Assembly: GCA_902551215.1 (NCBI GenBank)
Contig: CACDCI010000001.1
Span: forward strand, 6,384 to 70,383
DNA: 64,000 nucleotides
Source of the DNA: an uncultured Pelagibacteraceae bacterium
GTDB taxonomy: Bacteria > Pseudomonadota > Alphaproteobacteria > Pelagibacterales > Pelagibacteraceae
Direction: 5' to 3'
Part shown: positions 21,204 to 32,658 of the stretch, piece after piece
Layout of the letters: each line of letters opens with the position of its first letter
How positions within the stretch are numbered: position 1 is the first letter of the stretch
Made by a program: the position numbers and the translations under genes
The notes under the pieces: generated by a model
Seen by the model: only the letters and a program-made list of their open reading frames with translations
The model's database searches: none
Told to the model about the DNA's origin: nothing

Positions 21204-22316
21204 ATGAATAATTGTTTCATAATACTAGCAGCAGGCGAAAGTAAAAGATTTAATTCTAAAATCCCTAAACCTTACTATTTATATAATGGAAAACCCTTAA
21301 TTCAACACTCTATTGATAAGGCTAGATTGTGCAAAAAAATTAACAAAATCATAATTGTAGTAAATAAAAAACACAAAAATTTTATCAAGTATCTAAAAAT
21401 ACAAAACATTAAAATTGTGCAAGGTGGTAAAACAAGAGCTGAATCAGCATTTAATTCACTTAAAGCTATTAAGAGACTTAACATATCAAATGTTTTAATT
21501 CATGATGCTGCAAGACCTAACTTTTCAATAAAATTAATAGATAAGCTATTTAAAGAATTAAAATTTAATGAGTGTGTGGTCCCAGCGATTAAAGTTGCTG
21601 ACTCAGTTAAACTTAAAAATAAAAAAAAAATAATTAATTTAAATAGAAAAAATATTTATTTAACTCAAACACCACAAGCTTTTCATTACAAAACATTGTA
21701 TAAAATTCAAAACAATAAAAGTTCTAAAATTACAGATGATGCAAACTTATTCATTTCAGCTGGGAAAAAAATTAAATTAATTAATGGTGAAATTAATAAT
21801 AATAAAATCACAATAAATTCAGACATTAAAATTAATAAATCTATTAATTATGGTATTGGTTTTGATGTTCATAGATTAGTTCCTAAAAGAAAATTGTATT
21901 TAGGTGGAATAAAAATTCCCTCAAAAGTTGGAACTTTAGGTCATTCCGACGGAGATCCTGTTCTTCATGCTATTTCGGATTCAATTCTTGGAGCTTGTAA
22001 AATGGGAGATATTGGTGAAAAATTTTCTGATAAAAATAATAAATATAAAAATATAAGATCAACAATTTTGTTATCAAAATTAATAAAAAAAATTAATAAA
22101 AATTATTTGATAAATAATGTTGATATAAATATAATTACACAGACTCCTAAAATTAAAAAATATAAAAATAAAATGATTAAATCTATTGCAAAATTATGCA
22201 ACGTATCAATTTCACAAATTAATATTAAAGGTAAAACAACTGAAAAATTGGGTGTTATAGGTAAAGAAAAAGCTGTAGCTTGTGAAGTAATAACTTCAGT
22301 AATTAAATATGCTTAA
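21204..22316 (+). CDS. ispDF: Bifunctional MEP cytidylyltransferase / MEcPP synthase
   Basis: LAAGESKRF, IHDAARP, QTPQAF; C-terminal GFDVH and GHSDGD. Confidence 0.93.
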   Translation: MNNCFIILAAGESKRFNSKIPKPYYLYNGKPLIQHSIDKARLCKKINKIIIVVNKKHKNFIKYLKIQNIKIVQGGKTRAESAFNSLKAIKRLNISNVLIHDAARPNFSIKLIDKLFKELKFNECVVPAIKVADSVKLKNKKKIINLNRKNIYLTQTPQAFHYKTLYKIQNNKSSKITDDANLFISAGKKIKLINGEINNNKITINSDIKINKSINYGIGFDVHRLVPKRKLYLGGIKIPSKVGTLGHSDGDPVLHAISDSILGACKMGDIGEKFSDKNNKYKNIRSTILLSKLIKKINKNYLINNVDINIITQTPKIKKYKNKMIKSIAKLCNVSISQINIKGKTTEKLGVIGKEKAVACEVITSVIKYA

Positions 22317-22803
22317 TAAATTAAATTTTCTATTTGTAACACTTTTTGGAGTAGGAAAAATAAAAAAAATACCTGGTAGTGTTGCATCACTAATAACCAC
22401 AATATTTTTATTTTTTTTATTTCATATTTTAAATTTTTCCCCTGAAATTATTTTAATTTCTGTAATTATAATTTTTTTTATATCACTTTATACAGTTAAT
22501 GTTTTTATAAAAGATTTAGAAAATAAAGATCCTAAAGAAGTAGTAATTGATGAATTTATTGGTCAATCTATTCCAATATCTCTTTACGAAATTGCGCATG
22601 ATGGAGCAAAAGAGACTAACCAAGTTTTAACATCTTACTTTATTATGTTCATTCTATTTAGAATTTTTGACATCGTTAAACCCTACCCTGTAAGTTATTA
22701 TGATAAAAACTTTAAGAATAGTTTTGGAGTAATTATGGATGATGTTGTTGCTGGACTATATGTTGTAGCAGTACTTGTTTTATATATGGTTTTAAATTCA
22801 TGA
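22309..22803 (+). CDS. pgpA: Phosphatidylglycerophosphatase A
   Basis: PGSVAS, DPKEVVIDEFIG, FRIFDIVKPYP, GVIMDDVVAG. Confidence 0.92.
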   Translation: MLNKLNFLFVTLFGVGKIKKIPGSVASLITTIFLFFLFHILNFSPEIILISVIIIFFISLYTVNVFIKDLENKDPKEVVIDEFIGQSIPISLYEIAHDGAKETNQVLTSYFIMFILFRIFDIVKPYPVSYYDKNFKNSFGVIMDDVVAGLYVVAVLVLYMVLNS

Positions 22804-23273
22804 AAAAGCTTTCTCAAAAAATTGTCAGTTTATTAAAGAAGAAAAATTTTAAAATTTCTTTTGCAGAATCTTGCACTGGTGGATTGCTTTCAAGTACAAT
22901 AACTTCAATTAGTGGTTCTTCTAAAGTTTTCACGATTGGATTTGTTACTTATTCAAATCACTCAAAAATAAATAATCTAAAAATTCCAAAAAAAAAAATT
23001 AAGAAACATGGTGCTGTTAGCTATGAAACTTGTTTATCTATGGTTAAAAATCTAGCTAAAATTACTAAAACAAACATTTCAGTTTCTATTACTGGTATTG
23101 CCGGACCTAAAGGGGGAAATAAACAAAAACCAGTTGGTTTAGTCTATATAGGTATTAAAAAAAGAAACAAAATATTAGTTAAAAAATACTTATTTAAAAA
23201 TAAGAAAAGAATATTTATTCAAAGAGCGGCCGTTAACAAAGCTTTAAACTTAATTTTAGGTTTTCTTAAATAA
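22800..23273 (+). CDS. cinA: CinA/PncC-family NMN deamidase
   Basis: AESCTGG, SGSS, HGAVS, ITGIAGP, KPVGLVY. Confidence 0.88.
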   Translation: MKKLSQKIVSLLKKKNFKISFAESCTGGLLSSTITSISGSSKVFTIGFVTYSNHSKINNLKIPKKKIKKHGAVSYETCLSMVKNLAKITKTNISVSITGIAGPKGGNKQKPVGLVYIGIKKRNKILVKKYLFKNKKRIFIQRAAVNKALNLILGFLK

Positions 23274-23705
23274 ATTTTCTGCCCTTCTTTGAAAAGCCTC
23301 AGCAATCTTATCAAGGGCAAATTGAAAAGATTTTGTCATTACTATATTTATAAATTCATTTTTTAGCTCAAAATCAACTTCAAAAGAAACCTCGGTAACA
23401 TTATTCTCTTCTTTAAAATGCCATGTATTTTTCAAATACTTCAAGGGTCCATCTAGATTAGTTACAAATATAGAGTTTGCTTTTTTATTATATTTGACAT
23501 CACTCTTATAAGTATCTTTAAAAGGACCTTTTCCGATTGTAAGATCTGCAATAATTAATAATAAGTTATCTTTTTCTTTTTTTTCATAGACTTTCGCATT
23601 AATACAAAAAGGAACAAATTCTGGATATTTTTCTATATCAAGAACTAAATCAATTAACTGTTTTTTTTTACAATCAATAGATCTTTTAACTGATGCTTTG
23701 GGCAT
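23256..23705 (-). CDS. RatA/PasT/Coq10-family START-domain protein
   Basis: LVLDIEKYPEFVPFC, GPLKYLKNTWHF, AFQRRA; canonical position after lipA. Confidence 0.85.
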   Translation of the reverse strand: MPKASVKRSIDCKKKQLIDLVLDIEKYPEFVPFCINAKVYEKKEKDNLLLIIADLTIGKGPFKDTYKSDVKYNKKANSIFVTNLDGPLKYLKNTWHFKEENNVTEVSFEVDFELKNEFINIVMTKSFQFALDKIAEAFQRRAENLFKKT

Positions 23706-23709
23706 TAGT

Positions 23710-24624
23710 TTAATTTATTCTATTTTTTTGAAGTTTAGCAAAATCTTTATCGGCATGATAAGAGGATCTGGTTAACGGAGAAGACGAGACTAATAAAAAA
23801 CCTTTAGATTTAGCTATAGATTCTAATTCTTTAAATTCATCTGGATGATAATATCTACTTAAAGGGTGATGTTTAACAGAAGGTTGCAGGTATTGTCCTA
23901 CGGTTAAAAAATCTACTTCTGCAGATCTTAGATCATCCATGAGCTGTAAAATTTCATCTTTATTTTCACCTAAGCCCACCATTAGTCCTGATTTAGTAAA
24001 AATATTTTTATCAATTTTTTTTACATTTTTTAAAAGCTCAACTGAAGCAAAATATCTAGATCCAGGCCGAACTTTTCTATAAAGTCCTGGTACAGTTTCA
24101 ATATTATGATTAAAAACATCAGGTTTAGCTTCAATAACTTTTTTATAAGATTCTCCTTTTCTTAAAAAATCCGGGGTTAAAACTTCTATAGTTGTTTCTG
24201 GATTTTTTTTTCTTGTTTCTGTAATTACTTTAAAAAAATGGTAAGCGCCACCGTCATCAAGATCATCTCGATCAACCGATGTAATTACAGCATGTTTTAA
24301 ATTTAATTTTTTAATGGCAGATGAAATTTTGAATGGTTCTAATATATCTAATTTTTTAGGTTTACCAGTTTTAACATCGCAAAAGGCGCAAGCTCTTGTA
24401 CAAGTATCACCCATTATCAAAAAAGTTGCATGTCGTTTACTCCAGCATTCTGTTATATTTGGACAATTAGCTTCTTGGCAAACAGTTGTTAAATTATTTT
24501 GATTAACAATTTTTTTTGTAAAAAAAAATTCTTTACTATTTGTAAGTTTTGATTTTATCCATTCAGGTTTTTTTTTAATTGGATTAATTGGTTTGTTTAT
24601 CTTTTCTGGATGTCTAATTGTCAT
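23710..24624 (-). CDS. lipA: Lipoyl synthase
   Basis: [26 protein letters not shown]; start placed at MTIRHPEK (24624). Confidence 0.95.
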   Translation of the reverse strand: MTIRHPEKINKPINPIKKKPEWIKSKLTNSKEFFFTKKIVNQNNLTTVCQEANCPNITECWSKRHATFLIMGDTCTRACAFCDVKTGKPKKLDILEPFKISSAIKKLNLKHAVITSVDRDDLDDGGAYHFFKVITETRKKNPETTIEVLTPDFLRKGESYKKVIEAKPDVFNHNIETVPGLYRKVRPGSRYFASVELLKNVKKIDKNIFTKSGLMVGLGENKDEILQLMDDLRSAEVDFLTVGQYLQPSVKHHPLSRYYHPDEFKELESIAKSKGFLLVSSSPLTRSSYHADKDFAKLQKNRIN

Positions 24625-24916
24625 GTTTTTCAATTGTATAAAATTTTTCATCTTTTTTTCCAAGAAGGAATTTTTCTCTTAATAGAATTTCTATATAATC
24701 TAAGTCTAAATTATTAGTAAGTAATGAATTTTTAAATTCTAAATCATCTATTTTATTTGTTATAGCGATTTCTTCATTCTGTAGATTGGTTAATAATTTT
24801 TTTTTTTCAAAATAAGAAAATAGACCTCTTTCTCCACCTAAAATATTAAAAATAAAATATAAAAAAAGAAAAGTAGTAATTAATAAAAAGTAGTTTTTTT
24901 TAATTTTAGCAAGCAT
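24614..24916 (-). CDS. ftsB: Septum formation initiator (FtsB/DivIC family)
   Basis: TM helix, GERGL, coiled coil, LDLDYIE; follows eno. Confidence 0.8.
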   Translation of the reverse strand: MLAKIKKNYFLLITTFLFLYFIFNILGGERGLFSYFEKKKLLTNLQNEEIAITNKIDDLEFKNSLLTNNLDLDYIEILLREKFLLGKKDEKFYTIEKHDN

Positions 24917-26172
24917 TAATGAATCTTATTCATTTTTGCCTTTTTTCCTAGTTCTTCTTCAATGCGTATTAATTGATTATATTTTGAAACACGCTCAGAT
25001 CTAGCTAATGATCCAGTTTTAATTTGGTTAGAATTTGTACCAACTGCAAGATCGGCAATAAATGTATCTTCACTATCGCCAGATCTATGCGAAATTATCG
25101 TTTTATATCCAATTATTTGAGCAAATTTAATAACTTCTAAAGTTTCAGAGACTGTGCCAATTTGATTTAATTTAATTAAAATTGCATTTGATGAATTATT
25201 TAAAAAACCTTTTCTTAATCTTTCAAGATTAGTTACATATAAGTCATCACCTACAATTTGAACTTTGTTGACAGATCTCATAATTTTATTCCATGAAATC
25301 CAATCATTTTCAGCAAATGGATCTTCTATAGATTTAATGTGATATTTATTAATAATTTTTAAATAAGCTTTAATTGATTTATTTACTGATATAAATTTTT
25401 TAGAATGAATAGAATATTTATTTTTTTTAATTAACTCATTTGCAGCAACATCAAGACAAATAGAGACATCCTTGCCATTTTTAAAGCCAGATTTTTTAAT
25501 TGCCGACACAATTAAATCTAACGCTTGCTCATTACTGTTTATCATTGGGGCAAATCCACCCTCGTCTCCAACAGAAGTAGATAATTTTTTTTTTTTAATC
25601 AAAGACTTAAGATTTTGAATTACTAAAAAAGATATTCTCATTGCTTCAGAAAATGTTTTTGCTTTATCAGGTCTAATCATAAACTCTTGAATTCTTAAAC
25701 CATTATCGGCATGAGCACCTCCGTTTATAATATTCATTAAAGGATAGGGTAGCTTAAAGTTTTTTTTGACTAAAAAAGTTTTATATAATGGAATTTTTTT
25801 TAATTTTGCAGAAAGTTTTTTTACTGCCATAGAAACTGCTAGTATTGCATTGGCTCCTAAATAATTTTTTTGTTTGGTGCCGTCAAGTCTTATTAAAATT
25901 GAATCAATAAGTTCTTGGTTATGAATATTTTTATTTTTTAATTTTTTTGAAATTTTTGAATTAATTAAATTAACTGGTCTAAATACACTTTTGCCTAGAT
26001 ATTTTTTATTATTAGTATCTCTTTTTTCGTAAGCCTCATAAGTTCCGGTAGACGCACCTGATGGACATATTGCACTGGCGCTAACATTTTTTGAAAAAAC
26101 TTCAGCTTCAACGGTTGGATTACCTCTGCTGTCATATACTTGACGAGCTAATACTTTTGAAATTTTACTCAT
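24916..26172 (-). CDS. eno: Enolase
   Basis: [36 protein letters not shown]. Confidence 0.96.
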   Translation of the reverse strand: MSKISKVLARQVYDSRGNPTVEAEVFSKNVSASAICPSGASTGTYEAYEKRDTNNKKYLGKSVFRPVNLINSKISKKLKNKNIHNQELIDSILIRLDGTKQKNYLGANAILAVSMAVKKLSAKLKKIPLYKTFLVKKNFKLPYPLMNIINGGAHADNGLRIQEFMIRPDKAKTFSEAMRISFLVIQNLKSLIKKKKLSTSVGDEGGFAPMINSNEQALDLIVSAIKKSGFKNGKDVSICLDVAANELIKKNKYSIHSKKFISVNKSIKAYLKIINKYHIKSIEDPFAENDWISWNKIMRSVNKVQIVGDDLYVTNLERLRKGFLNNSSNAILIKLNQIGTVSETLEVIKFAQIIGYKTIISHRSGDSEDTFIADLAVGTNSNQIKTGSLARSERVSKYNQLIRIEEELGKKAKMNKIH

Positions 26173-26996
26173 TTCTTTTTTATTAAATTATCAATTTCAG
26201 AAATTTGTTTAAGTAAATTTTCTAATTTATTTAATGGTACCATGTTAGGGCCATCTGATGGAGCATTATCAGGATCTTGATGAGTTTCTATAAATACACC
26301 GGCTACACCAACTGCAACAGCTGCTCTTGCTAAATATTCTACAAATTCTCTTTGCCCTCCACTTTGTTCACCAAGTCCACCAGGCTGTTGAACAGAATGC
26401 GTAGCATCAAAAATTATTGGATAACCATTTTTAGCCATTATAGGTAGTGATCTCATATCCGAAACTAATGTATTATATCCAAAGCTTGCTCCCCTTTCAG
26501 TGACTAAAATATTTTTATTGCCTGTGTCAGAAATTTTTTTTGTAACATTAACCATATCCCAAGGAGCTAAAAACTGTCCTTTTTTTACATTAATAATTTT
26601 ATTAGTTTTTGCAGCAGATATTAAAAGATCTGTTTGTCTACAAAGAAACGCTGGTATTTGTAAAATATCCACATGTTCTGCTACAATAGAACATTGATCC
26701 ACATTATGAATATCTGTCAAAATTGGAATTTTCAATTCTTTTTTAATTTTATCAAACACAGGTAAAGATTTTTCTAAGCCTGCTCCCCTTTTGCCTTTGT
26801 GGCTGGTTCTATTAGCTTTATCAAAAGATGTTTTGTATATAAAACCTATATTAAATTTTTTTGCTATTTCTTTAATCTTTCCAGCCATATCCATAGCATG
26901 CTGTTCAGTTTCAAGTTGGCATGGTCCGGCAATTAAACAAATTTTTTTGTTATTTGAAATTTCAATATTTTCGCAGTTTACAACGATATTTTTCAT
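26169..26996 (-). CDS. kdsA: KDO-8-phosphate synthase
   Basis: [30 protein letters not shown]. Confidence 0.95.
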   Translation of the reverse strand: MKNIVVNCENIEISNNKKICLIAGPCQLETEQHAMDMAGKIKEIAKKFNIGFIYKTSFDKANRTSHKGKRGAGLEKSLPVFDKIKKELKIPILTDIHNVDQCSIVAEHVDILQIPAFLCRQTDLLISAAKTNKIINVKKGQFLAPWDMVNVTKKISDTGNKNILVTERGASFGYNTLVSDMRSLPIMAKNGYPIIFDATHSVQQPGGLGEQSGGQREFVEYLARAAVAVGVAGVFIETHQDPDNAPSDGPNMVPLNKLENLLKQISEIDNLIKKK

Positions 26997-28609
26997 TTAT
27001 AATTTTTAGCTGCCTTAATAAATGATGAGAATAAAGGATGTGGTGATAAAGGTCTAGATTTAAATTCTGGATGAAATTGCACACCTACAAACCATGGATG
27101 ATTTTTAAGTTCAATTATTTCAGGTAGCTTATTATCTGGAGACATTCCTGAAAAAATCATTCCTTTTTCTTCAAATTTATTTTTAAGATTATTATTCACT
27201 TCGTATCTGTGTCTGTGTCGTTCTTTAATAGAAACTGATTTATAGATATTCTTTATCATTGAATTATGTTTTAATTTAGCCTCATAAAGACCTAATCTCA
27301 TAGTTCCACCTAAATCTTTTCTTGTGCCTTTGATTATTTTGCCATTTTTATTCCATTCGTCTATTAATCCGATTAACGGAAAGCAATTAGTGTTAAATTC
27401 AGTAGATCCTGCTTTTTTGATTTTTAAAACATTCCTAGCAAACTCAATAACAGCCATTTGCATACCAAAACATATTCCTAAGAAAGGTATTTTTTTTATC
27501 CGAGCAAAATTGATTGCGGAAATTTTTCCTTCAGTTCCTCTTTTTCCAAATCCTCCAGGAATTAAAATGGCAGAAACTTTTTTTAGTTCTTTATTTATTT
27601 GATTTGTTTTTAATTTGTCAGACTCTATTCTAATCAAATTAATCTTGACATTATTGCTAATACCTCCATGAGTTAAAGCTTCATCTAAAGATTTATATGC
27701 ATCTTTCAAATTTACATATTTTCCAATTATTGCAATATTTACTTGTTTCTTATTTTGCAAAACTGTTTTTGTAATTTTTTTCCAAGGTTTTAAATTGGCG
27801 CTTTTTTTAGATTTAATTTTAAAAAATTTTAAAACTTGTTTGTCTAATTTTTCATTATAAAAACTTATTGGTGCTTCATAAATGGTTCGAACATCTACAG
27901 TTTCTATTACATTGTCAATTGGGACATTACAAAATAAAGATATTTTTCTTCTTTGATCAAAAGGAATTGATTTTTGTGATCTACAAATAACTATATCAGG
28001 CTGGATTCCTATTGATCTTAACTCTTTAACAGAATGCTGTGTTGGTTTTGTTTTAATTTCATCAGATGATTTAAGAAATGGAACTAAAGTTAAATGGATA
28101 AATAATGTCTTGCTTTTTCCAATATCATTTGAAAATTGTCTAATTGCTTCTAAAAAAGGCAAGCTTTCAATATCTCCAACAGTTCCTCCTATTTCACAAA
28201 TTACAAAATCTTCATCTTTAATATCTCCTTTGATGAACTCTTTAATTCTATCGGTAACATGTGGTATTACTTGAACGGTTTTTCCTAAATATTTTCCTTT
28301 GCGTTCTTTTTTAATTATATCACTGTAAATTTTTCCAGTTGTAATATTGTCTGATTGCTTTGAAGAGATTTCAGTAAATCTTTCATAATGACCAAGGTCT
28401 AAATCTGTTTCTGCTCCATCATCAGTAACAAATACCTCTCCATGTTGAAATGGGCTCATTGTTCCTGGATCCACATTTAAATAGGGATCCATTTTTCTAA
28501 CTCTAACTTTAAATCCTCTTGATTTTAATAGATACGCTAATGATGCAGATGACAATCCCTTACCTAGTGATGAAACCACGCCGCCAGTGACAAATATATA
28601 TCGCGCCAT
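26993..28609 (-). CDS. pyrG: CTP synthase
   Basis: [31 protein letters not shown]. Confidence 0.97.
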   Translation of the reverse strand: MARYIFVTGGVVSSLGKGLSSASLAYLLKSRGFKVRVRKMDPYLNVDPGTMSPFQHGEVFVTDDGAETDLDLGHYERFTEISSKQSDNITTGKIYSDIIKKERKGKYLGKTVQVIPHVTDRIKEFIKGDIKDEDFVICEIGGTVGDIESLPFLEAIRQFSNDIGKSKTLFIHLTLVPFLKSSDEIKTKPTQHSVKELRSIGIQPDIVICRSQKSIPFDQRRKISLFCNVPIDNVIETVDVRTIYEAPISFYNEKLDKQVLKFFKIKSKKSANLKPWKKITKTVLQNKKQVNIAIIGKYVNLKDAYKSLDEALTHGGISNNVKINLIRIESDKLKTNQINKELKKVSAILIPGGFGKRGTEGKISAINFARIKKIPFLGICFGMQMAVIEFARNVLKIKKAGSTEFNTNCFPLIGLIDEWNKNGKIIKGTRKDLGGTMRLGLYEAKLKHNSMIKNIYKSVSIKERHRHRYEVNNNLKNKFEEKGMIFSGMSPDNKLPEIIELKNHPWFVGVQFHPEFKSRPLSPHPLFSSFIKAAKNYK

Positions 28610-28646
28610 GGAATTACTTTATAACCACAAATATTGAAAATGGAAA
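28609..28646 (-). promoter_or_regulatory. Putative sigma70 promoter giving a leaderless or near-leaderless pyrG mRNA
   Basis: TTTCCA-17 bp-TATAAA-GTAATTCC-ATG; no SD. Confidence 0.55.
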
Positions 28647-28649
28647 GTA

Positions 28650-28952
28650 TTAATCGTTATTTTCAGGAATTTCAGGTTCGTCACCTGAATTTTCTTCTAT
28701 TTTGTCAATAACAGATGTACTGGGAATTAAATCTTGTCTAGAAATCACTGTAAGACTTAAGCTGCAAATTATAAAAAGTGTAGCAATTATTGCTGTAGCT
28801 TTTGTGAAAAAATCACCTGCAGAACGTGAAAACATAAAATTATCTTGAGACACACCTATGCCTAATGCTCCACCTTCTGATTTTTGTAGCAAAATTAAAA
28901 CAACAAGCAAAATCGCAAGAATCACATTAATAACCAATAAAATATTTTCCAT
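28650..28952 (-). CDS. secG: Preprotein translocase subunit SecG
   Basis: Two TM helices, ILLQKSEGGALG; conserved tpiA-secG-pyrG order. Confidence 0.9.
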   Translation of the reverse strand: MENILLVINVILAILLVVLILLQKSEGGALGIGVSQDNFMFSRSAGDFFTKATAIIATLFIICSLSLTVISRQDLIPSTSVIDKIEENSGDEPEIPENND

Positions 28953-28957
28953 GACTG

Positions 28958-29710
28958 TTAATTAAAGGTTTTTTTTACGATATCAATAAATTTTTTTGAA
29001 TCTTGAGAGGCTCCACCAACTAAAAAACCGTCAATAACATTTAATTCTTTAAAATTTCTTACGTTTTTTGGATTAACTGAGCCACCGTATAAAATTTTTG
29101 GATTTTTTAATCCAAATCTTTTTAAAAGATTTTTTCTTAAAAAAACTATAGTTTTTTTTAAGTCATTTGATTTTGGAATAATTCCAGTTCCAATAGACCA
29201 TACTGGTTCATAAGCAAATATAACATTATTTAATTTTTTAATTCCTTTTAAGCCTTTCGAAACTTGTTCAAGTAAAACTTTGTGAGTATGTTTTTTTCTT
29301 TTTTGTTGCAAAGTTTCACCAATACAAAAAATAATCTTTAAACCACTTCTTAGCGAAGATTCAATTTTTTTATTAATAATTAAATTTGTTTCACCAACCG
29401 CTCTGTTTTCTGAATGACCAATAATTACATATTTAGCTCCAATTTTTTTTAGCATTTTTGAACTTATTGAACCAGTAAAAGGACCGCTAATTTCTTCTTG
29501 ATGGCAATTTTGAGCTCCAAGTTCAATATTTGAATTCTTAATTTTTTTATGAAATAAGTTCAATAAAGTATAAGGAGGACAATAAATTAACCTAAATTTA
29601 TTACTATTCTTAAGTCTTAAAAATTTAAGAACTTTATTTAGCGAATTTAGTGATTTAATATCACCAAACATTTTCCAATTGGCTATAAAATACATAAATT
29701 TATTTGTCAT
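28958..29710 (-). CDS. tpiA: Triosephosphate isomerase
   Basis: ANWKM, IGHSE, AYEPVWSIGTG, LYGGSV, GFLVGGAS. Confidence 0.96.
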   Translation of the reverse strand: MTNKFMYFIANWKMFGDIKSLNSLNKVLKFLRLKNSNKFRLIYCPPYTLLNLFHKKIKNSNIELGAQNCHQEEISGPFTGSISSKMLKKIGAKYVIIGHSENRAVGETNLIINKKIESSLRSGLKIIFCIGETLQQKRKKHTHKVLLEQVSKGLKGIKKLNNVIFAYEPVWSIGTGIIPKSNDLKKTIVFLRKNLLKRFGLKNPKILYGGSVNPKNVRNFKELNVIDGFLVGGASQDSKKFIDIVKKTFN

Positions 29711-29767
29711 AATGAAAATTTTAATCTATAGGTTTGTCTTTTAGAGATCAATAACTTAAAAAATATC

Positions 29768-31198
29768 ATGATTACTAATTTAAGAAAATTTTCAAAAACA
29801 ATACTAGCCAAAGTGCTTATGTTTATTATAGTTATACCTTTTGTTTTTTGGGGTATGGGCGGAGTTTTTAGCAGTGGTAATACAAACAGTTTGGCTAAAA
29901 TCAATAAACATAATATTTCTACAGAAGATTTAACTGATCATTTTAGTGAAACAAGATTAGACTTAGAAACGCTAAAAGAAAATATAGATAATAATATAAT
30001 AGAAGAAGCTCTAGGTAACCTAGTAACAGCAACGCTAATCCAAATGGAAATTGAAAATCTTAGTCTTCAAATTTCAGAAAAAGTATTAATAAAAAAAATT
30101 AAAAAGAATGATACTTTCTTAGATGATGAAAAAAAATTTTCTAGAACTGAATATGAAAAATTCTTATTGGTTAATAACTTGACAGCACCTGATTTTGAAA
30201 TAAGATTAAAAAAAAGCGAGCTAAGAGATAGCTTATTTACATATATAGGAGGTGGTATAAAATCACCTTTTTTTATAACAAACAACATTTTCCAAGAAGA
30301 AACAAAAAAACTAGACATTAAATATATTAATCTTTCCAACATTTATAAAAAAAGGGAAAGTTTTACTAATAAAGAAATACAATCTTACGTAGATGAAAAT
30401 AAAGATCAGTTAAAAAATGATCATATTGATTTTTCATATATAAAACTTACGCCTAAAAATTTGACTGAATCTGATGAATATAATGAATTTTTCTTTCAAA
30501 AAATTGATCAAATAGAAAACAAAATACATGATGGAAAAAAGTTTAAGGATATAATTGCTGATCTTAAAATTCAACCTACAATAAAAACTAACTACTTTTC
30601 AATTAACAATGGTGATGAAACTGAAGAAAAGATTTACAAAAAAAGAAATGAAAATAAAGTTCAATTGATTGAAGAAAGTGAGTTTTATGTACTTTATGAA
30701 ATAGATAAAATTAATAAAATTTTGCCTAACTTAGATAGTGAAAACTTTAGAAACAAAATAAAAGAAATTTTATACGAAAAATCAAAATATAATTATAATT
30801 TTAAACTAATAACCAATATTAATAACAAAAAATTTACTGAAAATGATTTTATAAAATTATCAAATGAAAATTCTACAACCATAGAAGAAATTCAATTAAA
30901 CTCAGTGCAAGATGATAGTAAATTTGACATCAATTCAGTAAAACTAATGTATGCACTGCCCGTAAATTCCTTTACATTAATTAGTGATCAAAAACAAAAT
31001 ATTTACATGGCAAAAATTGCTAAATCTAATAAAGAAAATATCATAAAAAATTCCAATGAGTATAAAAACTATAATGATAAATCTAACAAAGAAATAAAAA
31101 ATAATATGTTTTCATCTTATGACCTTCTTTTAAATAAAAAATATAAAGTAAAAATTAATCAAAAAACACTTGAAAGAGTAAAAAATTATTACAGATAA
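29768..31198 (+). CDS. ppiD: PpiD/SurA-N-domain periplasmic chaperone
   Basis: N-terminal membrane anchor FVFWGMG and SurA-N-like helices; canonical position between tpiA and trpE. The PPIase domain looks degenerate. Confidence 0.72.
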   Translation: MITNLRKFSKTILAKVLMFIIVIPFVFWGMGGVFSSGNTNSLAKINKHNISTEDLTDHFSETRLDLETLKENIDNNIIEEALGNLVTATLIQMEIENLSLQISEKVLIKKIKKNDTFLDDEKKFSRTEYEKFLLVNNLTAPDFEIRLKKSELRDSLFTYIGGGIKSPFFITNNIFQEETKKLDIKYINLSNIYKKRESFTNKEIQSYVDENKDQLKNDHIDFSYIKLTPKNLTESDEYNEFFFQKIDQIENKIHDGKKFKDIIADLKIQPTIKTNYFSINNGDETEEKIYKKRNENKVQLIEESEFYVLYEIDKINKILPNLDSENFRNKIKEILYEKSKYNYNFKLITNINNKKFTENDFIKLSNENSTTIEEIQLNSVQDDSKFDINSVKLMYALPVNSFTLISDQKQNIYMAKIAKSNKENIIKNSNEYKNYNDKSNKEIKNNMFSSYDLLLNKKYKVKINQKTLERVKNYYR

Positions 31199-32658
31199 TG
31201 ATTAATAGAAACTTCAAAGATTTCAAGTTTCAACATAAAAGAAATAAAAATCAAGTTTTGTTCACTAGCAAAAAAATTAAAGACGATAGTGAAATTTTAA
31301 ATTTAATTAATAATTTCTTGAGTGAGAAAAATAGCTTTATTTTTGAATCTGTTGAAAAAGGAATTATTAAAGGTAGATATACAATTTTTGGTAAAAAACC
31401 TGATAAAATATGGGAATTTAATAATAATAATTCATATTCAATTAATAATAAAAATAAAAAAATAAAAATAAATGGTGAGCCAAAAAAAATAATTGAAAAT
31501 TTAATTGAGAATTTTAAATTCAAAACTCCAAAAAATTTACCACCTATATGTTCGCTTCTTTCAGGTTATTTTTCTTATGACACAATTAGATATATAGAAA
31601 AAATTCCAAATAAATGTAAAAATGATCTAGGTTTACCTGATGTTAGAATTTTAAGACCAAAAGTCTTAATAATCCATGATAACTATAAAAAAAAAATTTT
31701 TTATGTAGTCAATGTATTTAAAGATGAAAAAATAAGTAATTATAAAAAAAAATACTTAGAAATAAAAAAAGAATTAATATCACTAATTGTATTATCCAAA
31801 CTTAAAACAAATTATAGTACTTCCAAAGTAGAAGGGGTTAAAGTATCAGTTAAATCAAATACCTCAAAAAACAAATTCCTATCAATGGTCAATAAAGCAA
31901 AAAAATATATTAAAATTGGAGATATTTTTCAGGTGGTTTTAAGTCAAAGATTTGAGACAAAATTAACTAAAAATCCATTAGAAATTTACAAAAAACTTAG
32001 AATTACAAATCCTTCACCTTTTATGTATTTTTTTAATTTTCATGATTTTCAAATAATTGGTGCAAGTCCTGAAATACTAGTAAGATTAAGAGATAATAAA
32101 ATCACTATTCGTCCGATAGCTGGCACAAGACCTCGTGGTGTTGATAAAAAACAAGATAATTTCTACTCAAAAGATTTACTTAAAGACAAAAAGGAATTAG
32201 CCGAACATTTAATGTTGTTAGATTTGGGCAGAAATGATGTTGGAAAAGTTTCAAAAATTAACACTGTAAAAGTTACAGAAAATTTTAAAATTGAAAAATA
32301 TTCTCATGTAATGCATATTGTTTCAAATGTTGTTGGAATTTTTAATAAAAAATATTCAAAATTTAAGTCATTATTAGCAGGATTCCCTGCTGGAACAGTT
32401 TCTGGTGCTCCTAAAATCAGAGCTATGGAAATAATTGATGAGTTAGAAATTTCTAAAAGAAAAGTTTATGCGGGAGGAATAGGTTATTTTTCTGCAAATG
32501 GTGAATTTGACACTTGTATAGCCTTAAGAACTGCTTTGGTTAAAAATAATAAATTTTATGTGCAAGCAGGTGCAGGAATAGTTGCAGATAGCAAGCCCCA
32601 AAATGAATATATTGAAACAATTAATAAGGCAAAAGCTCTATTGAGCTCTTTAAATTAA
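31198..32658 (+). CDS. trpE: Anthranilate synthase component I
   Basis: FESVE, GDIFQVVLSQ, NPSPFM, PIAGTRPRG, EHLMLLDLGRND, PAGTVSGAPK. Confidence 0.95.
   Translation: MINRNFKDFKFQHKRNKNQVLFTSKKIKDDSEILNLINNFLSEKNSFIFESVEKGIIKGRYTIFGKKPDKIWEFNNNNSYSINNKNKKIKINGEPKKIIENLIENFKFKTPKNLPPICSLLSGYFSYDTIRYIEKIPNKCKNDLGLPDVRILRPKVLIIHDNYKKKIFYVVNVFKDEKISNYKKKYLEIKKELISLIVLSKLKTNYSTSKVEGVKVSVKSNTSKNKFLSMVNKAKKYIKIGDIFQVVLSQRFETKLTKNPLEIYKKLRITNPSPFMYFFNFHDFQIIGASPEILVRLRDNKITIRPIAGTRPRGVDKKQDNFYSKDLLKDKKELAEHLMLLDLGRNDVGKVSKINTVKVTENFKIEKYSHVMHIVSNVVGIFNKKYSKFKSLLAGFPAGTVSGAPKIRAMEIIDELEISKRKVYAGGIGYFSANGEFDTCIALRTALVKNNKFYVQAGAGIVADSKPQNEYIETINKAKALLSSLN

Noticed and set aside
29707-29904. 65-aa ORF upstream of tpiA as a leader peptide
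   Set aside because: It overlaps the ppiD coding region on the opposite strand and has no recognisable features.
31100-31198. trp attenuator or leader peptide before trpE
   Set aside because: The trpE start overlaps the ppiD stop; there is no room for a leader and no Trp-codon leader ORF is visible.
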